64,000 nucleotides of DNA from TPA_inf: Saccharomyces (Eukaryota), in assembly GCA_000146045.2 (NCBI GenBank), contig BK006938.2, forward strand, positions 1,344,001 through 1,408,000. Reading direction: 5' to 3'. The position numbers and the translations under genes are program-made. Numbering within the stretch: position 1 is the stretch's first letter; each line of letters opens with the position of its first letter. Shown here piece after piece: positions 34,701 through 42,815 of the stretch. Under the pieces are notes generated by a model. That model did not search any database. It saw only the letters and a program-made list of their open reading frames with translations, and was not told where the DNA came from.

Positions 34701-35596
34701 CTGATTATGCTCTTTTTCTTCCTGTACCATCGGATAAAACTACTTTCCATCCTAATCGGACATCAGGTATCAACCCTGAGCACCTTTCTTTCTTTAAATT
34801 TATCGGGATGATTATAGGGAAAGCAATTAGAGACCAATGCTTTTTGGATTGCCATTTTAGTCGTGAAGTATACAAGAATATTTTGGGTAGGCCTGTATCA
34901 TTGAAGGATATGGAGTCTCTTGATCCAGATTATTATAAATCATTGGTGTGGATTCTTGAAAACGATATCACAGATATTATAGAGGAAACTTTTTCTGTTG
35001 AAACTGATGATTATGGTGAACATAAAGTTATCAATTTGATTGAGGGGGGCAAGGATATAATAGTTACAGAGGCCAATAAACAGGATTATGTGAAAAAGGT
35101 TGTCGAATATAAACTTCAGACATCTGTTAAGGAACAAATGGATAACTTTTTAGTGGGTTTCTATGCCCTTATATCCAAAGATCTCATTACAATATTTGAT
35201 GAGCAGGAATTGGAGTTATTAATCAGCGGTTTGCCTGATATTGATGTCGACGACTGGAAAAACAATACTACTTATGTTAATTACACCGCAACCTGTAAGG
35301 AAGTGAGTTATTTTTGGAGGGCAGTTAGATCCTTCGACGCTGAAGAACGTGCCAAGTTGTTGCAGTTTGTTACCGGTACTAGTAAAGTTCCTCTAAATGG
35401 GTTTAAGGAACTAAGCGGTGTCAACGGTGTTTGTAAATTTTCCATCCATCGTGATTTTGGTTCATCAGAAAGACTACCATCATCACATACCTGTTTCAAT
35501 CAACTGAATTTACCTCCTTATGAATCATATGAGACATTGCGTGGTTCACTATTATTGGCAATCAATGAAGGGCATGAAGGGTTTGGTCTTGCCTGA
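25790..35596 (+). CDS. TOM1: HECT-domain E3 ubiquitin ligase (HUWE1 family), 3268 aa
   Basis: A 3268-aa ORF with a C-terminal HECT domain (...LPSSHTCFNQLNLPPYESYETLRGSLLLAINEGHEGFGLA) and a long internal D/E/S-rich acidic region. YDR457W. Confidence 0.93.
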   Translation: MVLFTRCEKARKEKLAAGYKPLVDYLIDCDTPTFLERIEAIQEWDRSRDDLYVWIPILDRMDGLLLKVAEKYKYKQDPKKECEVKLVEMEAHDVDYCLKMLKFTRRLLLNTENRFVYSSGDVLMYLLNCPNFTIKLAVMRILAILGERFVIAREKIVAHNIFGDHNLRKKTLKLALSLSSSVMDEDGEHFSLVDLYFDKKKVPQKWRKLRFTHYTSNDFKKSSQQKNNINETQTSIKKVTMTTQELCEHSLQQIFDKGMALLPAESWFDFSIKASVAKAFSDDSGENIDLRNIIIETKLNAIAFVNTIFSPPQVSSKLFELDPYAFNSLTDLISLSETKIPKELRTDALFTLECISLKHVWCSDIIRNLGGNISHGLLFQILRYIAKTLREATDEIDEEYNVRFFYLISNLADVKPLHESLFAAGLIPTLLEIVSIRNCPYKRTLASATHLLETFIDNSETTTEFIENDGFTMLITSVANEIDFTLAHPETWQPPKYSVVYYSISFRELAYIRSLLKLVLKLLSTDSGDRIRNLIDSPILVSLKKILENKLVFGLTLITYTLDVVQKVINSEPTIYPVLVEAGLIPYVIDNFPKLIGPSAELLSLLPDVVSAICLNPEGLKQVKEKGLINNLFDFLLDADHARILTGGDRSTEYGTDIDELARHYPDLKANIVEALCNVIRKMPSTFRNEREFLFTSPKDQKYFFHRKNEEILTDKEEHEPAYWELLDKGTMLDTFTSVLFGMSLGNGSFSQVPQHLEARDFLAIIFMENPPYEYFTSVAISNVTEVLQYLDEKYEDYAFMDVMKVLNDQLENLNDFLNSPNDRSFFLERDGENSVRSCHSKLCRLAAILNIVTNVYIDLTTLSCKRIMQIYSYFDKRGFSLIKNLKLLFQKCALEEMYIRQHMPDSVITETMPLPIVDVSGDGPPLQIYIDDPKKGDQKGKITSVKTRNTLQMRTILYTLQSNTAILFRCFLRLSHSRNMDLEHKDLTTEVHIFENVVENVIEMLKATELEGHLPYILVLLNFNTFVFTIPKASPNSTEILQTIPAYIFYQKGGYLLYLHIIRDLFTRMTKIKDLSSLDNINYIDESNGILTLSCLINALTFYNKSMQTETMENVQSIGKYYVSIDDDYNIMKALTVPIKVMALAMILDLDKSDSLFKTQSRNVPYSVFKQLLSMLKNIFTNVNIYTKELYELHWDLIFPPIKKISLFEQVGIPGDVAANYLTDTGDDLPADNSIGLFSPEQWEKYKKLIGEDKSIYYPQPMQAQYYKGCSSKELDELRDTFFNDGLPSRIFTVLPFYPKLVNAFAKTLLQIFTKYDEPTEVFAGRILDRILETDLDDPATLSSLIHLFGIFLNEKYIYQKASHLMQRFIEYLEKSLKPEHVNTPWFSKALYVYEIILAKSELPHLEELSKDVLLRYPLLSMAKVFRIPDPMKQKLFDILIRVSDISNFYSALATSRILIFYSRDELYANNIARSGILSRLLKVIGSFQKLDKINFLESSFLLLTRRCFETTENVDALIRAEINRSFTARPLGGGDDAVRELTTILEEKAHVVMRSPSQFIDVLCETARFHEFDDQGALVDYSLKRFLGEKDKNTQASSTEKSDIYERTGIMHLLLSQLMAASEKDWLSEPANSSDLPENKKAQLDPSRNPVCAYMIFLLKLLVELVSSYNQCKFEFLTFSRRNTYAERPRPRTTAINFFLYRLLDKPVGTDHDKHEAKRREVIGMLARSVIIGFLATVQDDRTTKTDVKLADPHMNFIRKFAIEAIIKAIRNATSSSKLLESNHLKLDMWFRIITSMVYVQAPYLRQLLDSNKVEADQYQLCKLVIDLGLPSVITEAMASIDLNYPFSKKIFNVAVEALNTISSTRNNFSEHFKIEDHDEVEDEVDESDKEEIPDMFKNSALGMYDVEDIEEDDDDDTSLIGDDDAMAFVDSDNGFEVVFSDEDDDMGEEDADDARSDSEENELSSEMQSSTADGTDVDYEVDDADGLIINIDQPSGDDEEMADYDANISHSSHSENEDDASMDVIEVYDDELSSGYDVDLSDYDVDESDWDSGLSSLSISDEDSESSEDEPINSTRMGDSRRRWLIAEGVELTDDSQGESEEDDRGVFRGIEHIFSNENEPLFRVHDEMRHRNHHRSINRTHFHSAMSAPSLSLLNRGRRNQSNLINPLGPTGLEQVENDISDQVTVAGSGSRPRSHHLHFSEVLVSGSFFDEPVLDGIILKSTVSRWKDIFDMFYDSKTYANCIIPTVINRLYKVSLALQKDLENKREQEKLKNKNLLFNEAKVESHNSSDAISVEQDDIQESNVTHDDHEPVYVTIQGSEVDIGGTDIDPEFMNALPDDIRADVFAQHVRERRAEARLNSDHNVHSREIDSDFLEAIPEDIREGILDTEAEEQRMFGRIGSSADVIRADDDVSNNDEEVENGLDHGNSNDRNNADPEKKKPARIYFAPLIDRAGIASLMKSVFISKPYIQREIYHELFYRLCSSKQNRNDLMNTFLFILSEGIIDQHSLEKVYNIISSRAMGHAKTTTVRQLPSDCTPLTVANQTIEILQSLIDADSRLKYFLIAEHDNLIVNKANNKSRKEALPDKKLRWPLWHLFSLLDRKLITDESVLMDLLTRILQVCTKTLAVLSTSSNGKENLSKKFHLPSFDEDDLMKILSIIMLDSCTTRVFQQTLNIIYNLSKLQGCMSIFTKHLVSLAISIMSKLKSALDGLSREVGTITTGMEINSELLQKFTLPSSDQAKLLKILTTVDFLYTHKRKEEERNVKDLQSLYDKMNGGPVWSSLSECLSQFEKSQAINTSATILLPLIESLMVVCRRSDLSQNRNTAVKYEDAKLLDFSKTRVENLFFPFTDAHKKLLNQMIRSNPKLMSGPFALLVKNPKVLDFDNKRYFFNAKLKSDNQERPKLPITVRREQVFLDSYRALFFKTNDEIKNSKLEITFKGESGVDAGGVTREWYQVLSRQMFNPDYALFLPVPSDKTTFHPNRTSGINPEHLSFFKFIGMIIGKAIRDQCFLDCHFSREVYKNILGRPVSLKDMESLDPDYYKSLVWILENDITDIIEETFSVETDDYGEHKVINLIEGGKDIIVTEANKQDYVKKVVEYKLQTSVKEQMDNFLVGFYALISKDLITIFDEQELELLISGLPDIDVDDWKNNTTYVNYTATCKEVSYFWRAVRSFDAEERAKLLQFVTGTSKVPLNGFKELSGVNGVCKFSIHRDFGSSERLPSSHTCFNQLNLPPYESYETLRGSLLLAINEGHEGFGLA

Positions 35597-36054
35597 TCAT
35601 TTTTCGTGTAAATTTATAGCGCCATGTAACCAAGTATTTTAGAACGTCTTTTATTTAAACCTTTAACCATACAACACTTGCCCAAGGAAGAGGAACAGAA
35701 GGATTTTTTAATTTGTAAAAATGCGTTTAATCTTAACGAAACATAATACAGATTTCATGTGCATTTCGCCCTTTTTTTTTATGACAAGCAATATCTTCCA
35801 AAGTTTCTCAAAAAGGTATGATGTAAGATACAGTAAATGATATGTAAAAAAAGTACAAACTCCACTTATAAAACCATATTGAAACAGCGAATGGTTATAA
35901 TATTTTACATAAAGATTAATAGAATACACTTACCTAAGAAAAATATCCGTGAAAACAAATTACAAAATTAAAAGTCACTTATCACATTAGAAACTCAAAT
36001 ACGAAAACAAAACAAAGAAAAGTAACAAAAAGTGGTTTGAAGACGGAAATACGA

Positions 36055-38046
36055 TCATTCTTTCCATTCCCAACATGTCATGATCTCTCCATTTTCTTCA
36101 AGAAGATATAATTCTATATTCTCTGATTGCTCTTTCATGATTTTTTCTTTCGTTTGAGCCCATAGATTATTCTGTTCTTTTATATTTGGTATGTCGCTCA
36201 ATAAAGTAGCTCTTAGTTGAACTGTTGTCAGAAAAGGTTCTTCACCTTTGTTCTTCTTTACATCTTTCAATTTATCAATTGCCTCTTTTACCAATTTCTC
36301 AATTATCTGCTCTCCTTGAACGTAATTGTCAAGTGTCGATTGTATTTTTTTGATAAGGAAAAGGACGCCTAGGGTGATAAATAAAGAACCACCATATTTC
36401 GTTATATACTCCTGTATATCCCCTTCTAAATGACATTGCAACGTAACCCATTTTTTTGAAGTTGAACGATAAATATAGTTAGTGTTATTAGATTTAGATT
36501 TCTCTCTTTTTCCATTAGTTTCAAAATCTAATGGCAGCCAGATAATATCATCTTTTTTCTTTAATATTTCAAGCACATTTTTCCAATGATCATTGAATTC
36601 CCTTTGACTTTCCCATGACGGTCTAGAATGAGAGAATATATCATATAATTTGGTTTCCGTTTCACCACTCTCAAAGAGATTCTCTCCTTCACCACATTCA
36701 TGTTGTGCATTCTTCTTTTTAAGATATTCATTTACTTTCCAAACCAGTTCATCAACCTCCTTTTCTTTACTTTCATCTTTGGCACAATATTTTGGAAAAG
36801 GAATAATACCATACGTTTCTAAAATAGAACTTTTAGGCTCATAGCCTGGTTCACACTCAACATTCATAAAAGAAGAACATATTCCATGCTCAGGACATTC
36901 GAGACAATTTGGTCGATAAGCTTGCAACACTGAATCTACCCTTTCAGTCTGAGGGAAAGCTGAGATTGCAAGAGATTTCAGGGGCTTTTCATGACCGCAA
37001 TATCCTACTTGAATTCTCTGTTCTCGATACCAAAGACCAAAAAGAATAGGACATATTATTGAAAGGAAAATAGCACCATTCCATAACCAAATGAAGAGAT
37101 GTGCAATAAACGGTTTCATAATATCTATCCCTCTTTTAGTTTTGTTGGCAATGAAGTGCCTGGTGCGACCTTTTGGACTTCGTATATTTTTTTTCGACGA
37201 TAACCTACTAGTATCCTCTTCGTCTTGATTATCAAAAGTTTCTGATATTTTTGTTAGTTCTTCTTTTGCTTCCTTCACCTCAGGTTGGACTTCCAAATTG
37301 ATATTCTCCATCACCTCACTTTCATTTCTTGTTTCTGCTCCAGTTGAAGGACCAACAGGCTCTTCTGTTTCGATTCTGATAGACGATAAGTCCGTGGATT
37401 TTATAGAATGATCATAATTCTCCGTAGCTGCACTAGCTAACTCTTTATTTAGTTGAGCTAAAAATTCGTTTGATACTTTTAAATTCGGCAATTCTGGTTT
37501 TGGAAGCTCTTTTACCCTTGGTTTGTCATCCGAAGAATCTTTCTTATGAAGTTCTTCTACAGTTTCCAGTTCAGAAGTTAAATCAGCAGAAGTTGCTTTC
37601 CCATCTGACTTAGATTGTGGAGGAGACTCTGGTGGTTTATTGGCCTTACTAGATCTTTTCTTTCTTTTCTTTTTAGGAGACTTCTCTTCCTGTATTTGCA
37701 TCTTCGCTTCATTATCCGTACTAATTTGTTCCCTTTTCCTCTTGTTAGTTTCAACATTTTCATCTTTGACAGTTTTACTCTCACTAGAACTTGATTCAAG
37801 CTTTTTACTCTTTAATGTCTTTTTGCGATCTGCGTTTTTTGCCCCAGACTTCACAACCTTTTGAATGCTAGTTCTAACCTTTGAGGCCTCAGGTGAAGAT
37901 TGGAGACGTTGCCTCACTTTCTCCTCAAACAATTTCACCAAGACAGGCTTCCTAGCGTTGGCAGGGAACGCAACATCATTTTCTACCAAAACTCTTCTCA
38001 ATTGGCTGACCTTCAGCGTTTTCGGATCAAGGTTTCTGTGATCCAT
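36055..38046 (-). CDS. HEH2: Inner nuclear membrane LEM-domain protein, 663 aa
   Basis: An N-terminal LEM/HeH motif (LDPKTLKVSQLRRVLVENDVAFPANARKPVLVKLFEEKV) and two transmembrane segments. Length 663 aa; YDR458C; paralog of SRC1/HEH1. Confidence 0.88.
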   Translation of the reverse strand: MDHRNLDPKTLKVSQLRRVLVENDVAFPANARKPVLVKLFEEKVRQRLQSSPEASKVRTSIQKVVKSGAKNADRKKTLKSKKLESSSSESKTVKDENVETNKRKREQISTDNEAKMQIQEEKSPKKKRKKRSSKANKPPESPPQSKSDGKATSADLTSELETVEELHKKDSSDDKPRVKELPKPELPNLKVSNEFLAQLNKELASAATENYDHSIKSTDLSSIRIETEEPVGPSTGAETRNESEVMENINLEVQPEVKEAKEELTKISETFDNQDEEDTSRLSSKKNIRSPKGRTRHFIANKTKRGIDIMKPFIAHLFIWLWNGAIFLSIICPILFGLWYREQRIQVGYCGHEKPLKSLAISAFPQTERVDSVLQAYRPNCLECPEHGICSSFMNVECEPGYEPKSSILETYGIIPFPKYCAKDESKEKEVDELVWKVNEYLKKKNAQHECGEGENLFESGETETKLYDIFSHSRPSWESQREFNDHWKNVLEILKKKDDIIWLPLDFETNGKREKSKSNNTNYIYRSTSKKWVTLQCHLEGDIQEYITKYGGSLFITLGVLFLIKKIQSTLDNYVQGEQIIEKLVKEAIDKLKDVKKNKGEEPFLTTVQLRATLLSDIPNIKEQNNLWAQTKEKIMKEQSENIELYLLEENGEIMTCWEWKE

Positions 38047-38318
38047 TGTCGATTAGTGAAGATAGGAAACTTCCTTTTCTACTATTATGTCCGTTAAAGT
38101 TCATCCTACCGTTTCTTTGCTGTTAAAATCTCTCTTCTTTTTTATTTTTTTCAAACTTATCTCTTACTATTTATGGAAGGACGATCAAGAAAATGTATAT
38201 ACTATCCCTTCCCCTACGCATACAGAATATATTAAAATGAATAGATAATAGAAACATATACCGATTGTAACATGAGTTTCGTCCCAGAATATAAATTGCT
38301 TGAAAAATTTAATACTAT

Positions 38319-39443
38319 TTAGTAAGCAGGATCACTATCGTCACCAGAAGCCCGCAATGTGGCCAGATATTCTCCTCTTGATATCTTGTCCTCAATGGCC
38401 TGAATGGTGTAGTCACTAAGAGTTTCTTCATAGGGACCCAATATTTCCACTAGCGTTGTTTTTGAACCGCTTTTGCCATCAGATTTGCATCGAGATGTAT
38501 AGGGCTTGCCTAAAGGAATTATCCACATAAGTATGTTAGAACCCATAAAGTCTTTTATATTAGCTAAGATTGACTTTTTGTCCCAGAAAGAGTGAAATTC
38601 AGATCTATCGAACTCTACCACAAACCTCAACTTGTTTGCTTCCGAGTAATAACAAAATATCTTCCTTGTTCCAAATTTTTTCCTTTTGCTATCTATGATA
38701 GCCTCCAAAGACGTCTTGTTTTGACTCATGTAAAAAATACTCGATGCCAACAAACTTGCGGTTAATAACCATCCAAGGATGGCAAACACTAACGTTGAAA
38801 TTATATTTGCGTTTAAATTGGGGCTATAATTATGATTGTGTTGAGTAATAATTCTTATGTAAACGCAAATAGACACCCACATGATAAGTAAAAGTGTTGA
38901 AAAATAAGCAGCAAACTGCACAAAGAGTCTATAATTGTCTCTACCAATAACAGTCCCTATCCACATGCAGTAATGATCAAAGCGAGGAATGCAGTGGCCT
39001 AGTTCTGAAGAATGATGCGTTCGTTCCATTTTCAGACTTTGACATTCACTGCACCATATTGGGTATCCGTGAGGATCAGACTGATAACACTTAGGCGGAA
39101 CCACAGCATCGTATTCCACTGAAGTGTTTTGAGAAGTGTTGCTAGTCTTCTCTTCAGAGGCTATAGGAAGGATCAAAAAAGGTGCTACGTGCGGTTGGGT
39201 ACCTGGACCGACCAAGATAACTATTTGAAGCCATATGAAAATCACGACTACGTCTAGGAAGCATACCGCACAAATAAGACCAACCGAAACTGATTTCTGA
39301 CGAAGTCGTTTGTCGACTTGCTCGTAACATAGTTTATGGCAGTAAGCCCACGTACCGTAGCACAGTAAACCGAGCACGATAATCGGTAAGATGAATCTAA
39401 ACCATGACCTGCGCCTGATTCGAATATTCCATGATAGAGCCAT
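38319..39443 (-). CDS. PFA5: DHHC-family palmitoyltransferase (DHYC variant), 374 aa
   Basis: The ORF has multiple transmembrane segments and a Cys-rich domain ...CSECQSLKMERTHHSSELGHCIPRFDHYCMWIGTVIGRDNY, in which the motif reads DHYC rather than DHHC. YDR459C. Confidence 0.88.
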   Translation of the reverse strand: MALSWNIRIRRRSWFRFILPIIVLGLLCYGTWAYCHKLCYEQVDKRLRQKSVSVGLICAVCFLDVVVIFIWLQIVILVGPGTQPHVAPFLILPIASEEKTSNTSQNTSVEYDAVVPPKCYQSDPHGYPIWCSECQSLKMERTHHSSELGHCIPRFDHYCMWIGTVIGRDNYRLFVQFAAYFSTLLLIMWVSICVYIRIITQHNHNYSPNLNANIISTLVFAILGWLLTASLLASSIFYMSQNKTSLEAIIDSKRKKFGTRKIFCYYSEANKLRFVVEFDRSEFHSFWDKKSILANIKDFMGSNILMWIIPLGKPYTSRCKSDGKSGSKTTLVEILGPYEETLSDYTIQAIEDKISRGEYLATLRASGDDSDPAY

Positions 39444-39810
39444 TCATATACAACGGTTTAATTTCTGCCGTGTCGCGATGAAAGGACCTTAGCTAGGTTC
39501 TGAAAATATTACAACGGGCAGATATACGCCTAATTAGTTGTTTTGTTTGAGTGCTGTGTTTATGCTACTATTATTTAAAACGTAAATAGTGGAAAAAAAA
39601 ATCGACTAAATGGTCCAAATCGGGCCGTTCGCTCGTAAATTTGTTCTTAAGCACTAATACTAAAGAGAGTATACAACAGAACAGACGCACAAGACAGCAC
39701 TCATCATCAGCTAAGAAACTGAACTGCTTGTTAAAATTTGAGTTTGTTTCCTCTTAGGATTTGCAGCATTAGTGGGCCCCCGCACACAAGTAAATATAAG
39801 TGAAAGAAAA

Positions 39811-40776
39811 ATGCTTATGGATGAGTATGAGGAAAACAAGGACATGTGTCCGATCTGTAAGACAGATCGATACCTTTCTCCGGATGTGAAATTTTTGGTG
39901 AATCCTGAATGCTATCACAGGATCTGTGAGTCGTGTGTTGATCGAATATTTAGTCTCGGTCCTGCCCAGTGTCCATATAAAGGGTGTGACAAGATTCTTA
40001 GAAAGAATAAGTTCAAGACCCAAATATTCGATGATGTGGAAGTTGAGAAAGAAGTTGACATCAGGAAGAGAGTGTTCAATGTGTTCAACAAAACTATCGA
40101 TGACTTCAATGGTGACCTTGTGGAATATAACAAATATTTGGAAGAGGTGGAAGACATTATATACAAACTAGATCACGGGATCGATGTGGCTAAGACCGAG
40201 GAGAAACTACGCACCTACGAGGAATTAAACAAGCAACTGATTATGAATAACTTGGAGAGAAGCAGAACAGAGATAGAAAGTTTCGAACAGAGACAAAAAT
40301 TCGAAAAGGAGATGAAATTGAAGAAGCGACTGTTGGAAAGACAAATCGAAGAGGAGGAAAGAATGAACAAAGAGTGGACAAAGAAAGAAATCGTCAACCG
40401 GTTGAGTACGACCACCCAGGATATCAATGAAACAATCGAAGGCGTTAAAAATACGGTTAAATTGAAAAAATCGTCCGCTAGAAGGAAATTGGAAGAACTA
40501 AATAGAGTTCTGAAAAACAATCCATATTTCAATTCAAATGTGAACGTACAGAATTCGAGACTCAAAGATGCTGTACCGTTCACGCCGTTTAACGGTGATA
40601 GAGAAGCACACCCAAGGTTTACGTTGAAAGGTTCAGTATACAATGACCCATTCATCAAAGATCTTGAGCACAGGAAAGAATTTATTGCGTCTGGGTTCAA
40701 CACTAATTATGCGTACGAAAGGGTGTTGACAGAGGCATTTATGGGCTTAGGATGTGTTATATCCGAGGAGCTTTAA
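39811..40776 (+). CDS. TFB3: TFIIH/TFIIK RING-finger subunit (MAT1 homolog), 321 aa
   Basis: MLMDEYEENKDMCPICKTDRYLSPDVKFLVNPECYHRICESCVDRIF is a C3HC4 RING finger. The true ATG is at 39811; the track ORF starts at a GTG 13 codons upstream. YDR460W. Confidence 0.85.
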   Translation: MLMDEYEENKDMCPICKTDRYLSPDVKFLVNPECYHRICESCVDRIFSLGPAQCPYKGCDKILRKNKFKTQIFDDVEVEKEVDIRKRVFNVFNKTIDDFNGDLVEYNKYLEEVEDIIYKLDHGIDVAKTEEKLRTYEELNKQLIMNNLERSRTEIESFEQRQKFEKEMKLKKRLLERQIEEEERMNKEWTKKEIVNRLSTTTQDINETIEGVKNTVKLKKSSARRKLEELNRVLKNNPYFNSNVNVQNSRLKDAVPFTPFNGDREAHPRFTLKGSVYNDPFIKDLEHRKEFIASGFNTNYAYERVLTEAFMGLGCVISEEL

Positions 40777-40942
40777 AACATCAGGATAGTGTGCAACGTG
40801 GCATAAGCTATGTAATCAACTACTTTTTATTTTCTATGTACGCATATACATGCATTCACGATCTGTTTCAGTGTTCAGAAAAAAGGCACCTACTGCTACG
40901 GTTGGCCCATACCTTTATTCTTTGTTCTTGTTACAAACGAGT

Positions 40943-40971
40943 GTGTAATTACCCAAAAAGGAAATTTACAT
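40943..40971 (+). promoter_or_regulatory. a-specific gene operator (alpha2-Mcm1-alpha2) about 205 bp upstream of MFA1. A Ste12 PRE (TGTTTCA, 40864-40870) and a TATATAAA box (41086-41093) lie nearby.
   Basis: GTGTAATTACCCAAAAAGGAAATTTACATG has an Mcm1 P-box CCCAAAAAGG flanked by alpha2 half-sites TGTAATTA and AATTTACA. It closely resembles the STE6/MFA operator consensus CATGTAATTACCNAAAAAGGAAATTTACATG. Confidence 0.7.
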
Positions 40972-41175
40972 GTTAAATGAAACCCAGTAATCAGAAAAAA
41001 CAGTTAAGAAACCTAAAATGGTAGAGATAAAGATACAGATTCAGTGGTTGCTGAAAATCAAGTAAAAAAATGAAATAGAGTCTTCATATATAAACCGCCA
41101 GAAATGAATTAATGAGAGGGATCTGTAACTGTTTCTCGGATAAAACCAAAATAAGTACAAAGCCATCGAATAGAA

Positions 41176-41286
41176 ATGCAACCATCTACCGCTACCGCCG
41201 CTCCAAAAGAAAAGACCAGCAGTGAAAAGAAGGACAACTATATTATCAAAGGTGTCTTCTGGGACCCAGCATGTGTTATTGCTTAG
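41176..41286 (+). CDS. MFA1: Mating pheromone a-factor precursor, 36 aa, C-terminal CAAX box CVIA
   Basis: ATGCAACCATCTACCGCTACC...GGTGTCTTCTGGGACCCAGCATGTGTTATTGCTTAG translates to MQPSTATAAPKEKTSSEKKDNYIIKGVFWDPACVIA. It is below the track's ORF length cutoff. The downstream sequence context identifies it as MFA1 (YDR461W) rather than MFA2. Confidence 0.9.
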   Translation: MQPSTATAAPKEKTSSEKKDNYIIKGVFWDPACVIA

Positions 41287-41471
41287 TTTCTGCGTACAAA
41301 AACGTTGTTCTCCCTCCTTTATCTTCCTTTTCCGCTACACCAATATATCATGTTTGTTCGTAATATTTCTTTTTAGACCTAATAATAAATATCCTAAGTA
41401 ACTATATTATATAAAATATTTTGATACCCTGTACCTGCTTTTGTTATCGTTGTACATCCATGCACACGCTC

Positions 41472-41472
41472 A

Positions 41473-41497
<25 letters not shown>
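41472..41497. repeat. (AT)13 dinucleotide microsatellite in the MFA1 / YDR461C-A convergent 3' region
   Basis: A direct count gives 26 nt of alternating AT. Confidence 0.9.
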
Positions 41498-41503
<6 letters not shown>

Positions 41504-41523
41504 GTACATATACCGCTTACCAC

Positions 41524-41769
41524 CTACCGTGAAGTATATGTAAGGGTCTTCGCACCCGGATATCCCTTGTGGGATCTTGGATGCGGATGGTGAGTGTAAA
41601 CAGGCCTCATAAAGCTGTCTCTGTGTGCGGAAGATGTCGTTTCATCGGCTTCGACCTCCTCCTTATCTTGCTTCATTGTTTCTTCGTAAGAGGGCGGATC
41701 TACGGGCAGCGGGGTCGCTGTCTCCTTGTATGCATGCTTATTTATATCACTCTTTCCGCTATCCATCAT
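41524..41769 (-). CDS. Small hypothetical ORF, 81 aa (position of YDR461C-A); coding status uncertain
   Basis: An ATG-initiated 81-aa ORF ([43 protein letters not shown]...) in an otherwise ORF-free gap. It has a PPxY-like PPSY motif. I cannot recognise any homology. Confidence 0.35.
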
Positions 41770-42069
41770 AATCTGTTTTTGTTTATGTGCTTTGAATACT
41801 CAACACATAAAATAATATCCAGTTAATTGTCGTCTGTCCATTGACGCTTTGCCTTTGTCCCTTTAGACTGTCTTTATTGTGAAATATGCACGGCTGAGAA
41901 TTACGTATACAGTGACTATCGTATGGGGCGACAAAAGTTCCCAGCGAGAAACAAGATGAAGCAGACTGGGGCCTGCCTGTATGGAGGGAAGCATAAGTTA
42001 ATATACCTCCAGATATTTGCAGATTAGGATACTGAACTGACGAAGACCTACGCTACACAACGAAGATAA

Positions 42070-42516
<447 letters not shown>

Positions 42517-42815
42517 TAGCGTGAGCGAACGCTTGACTGTCTCCTGCTGTAAATAACTGATGATCAATAGAATGCCACGTATATATGGACTTATATAATT
42601 ATATGTACATAGACATATAAAGGGCATGTGGTAATTATGACATGAACTGTATCACTATTGACGTTTTTTTTACTGCTTTTTCCCATCCCTGCAAGCGAAA
42701 AAAAAAGCAAGCTGACTCTTGTATAAACTGCAAGGACTCATTGATTAAAAGTAGATTTACATTACAGACTAAAGGAAAAGGCAAACTATACCGGCTATAC
42801 CACATTCGTTCAAAA

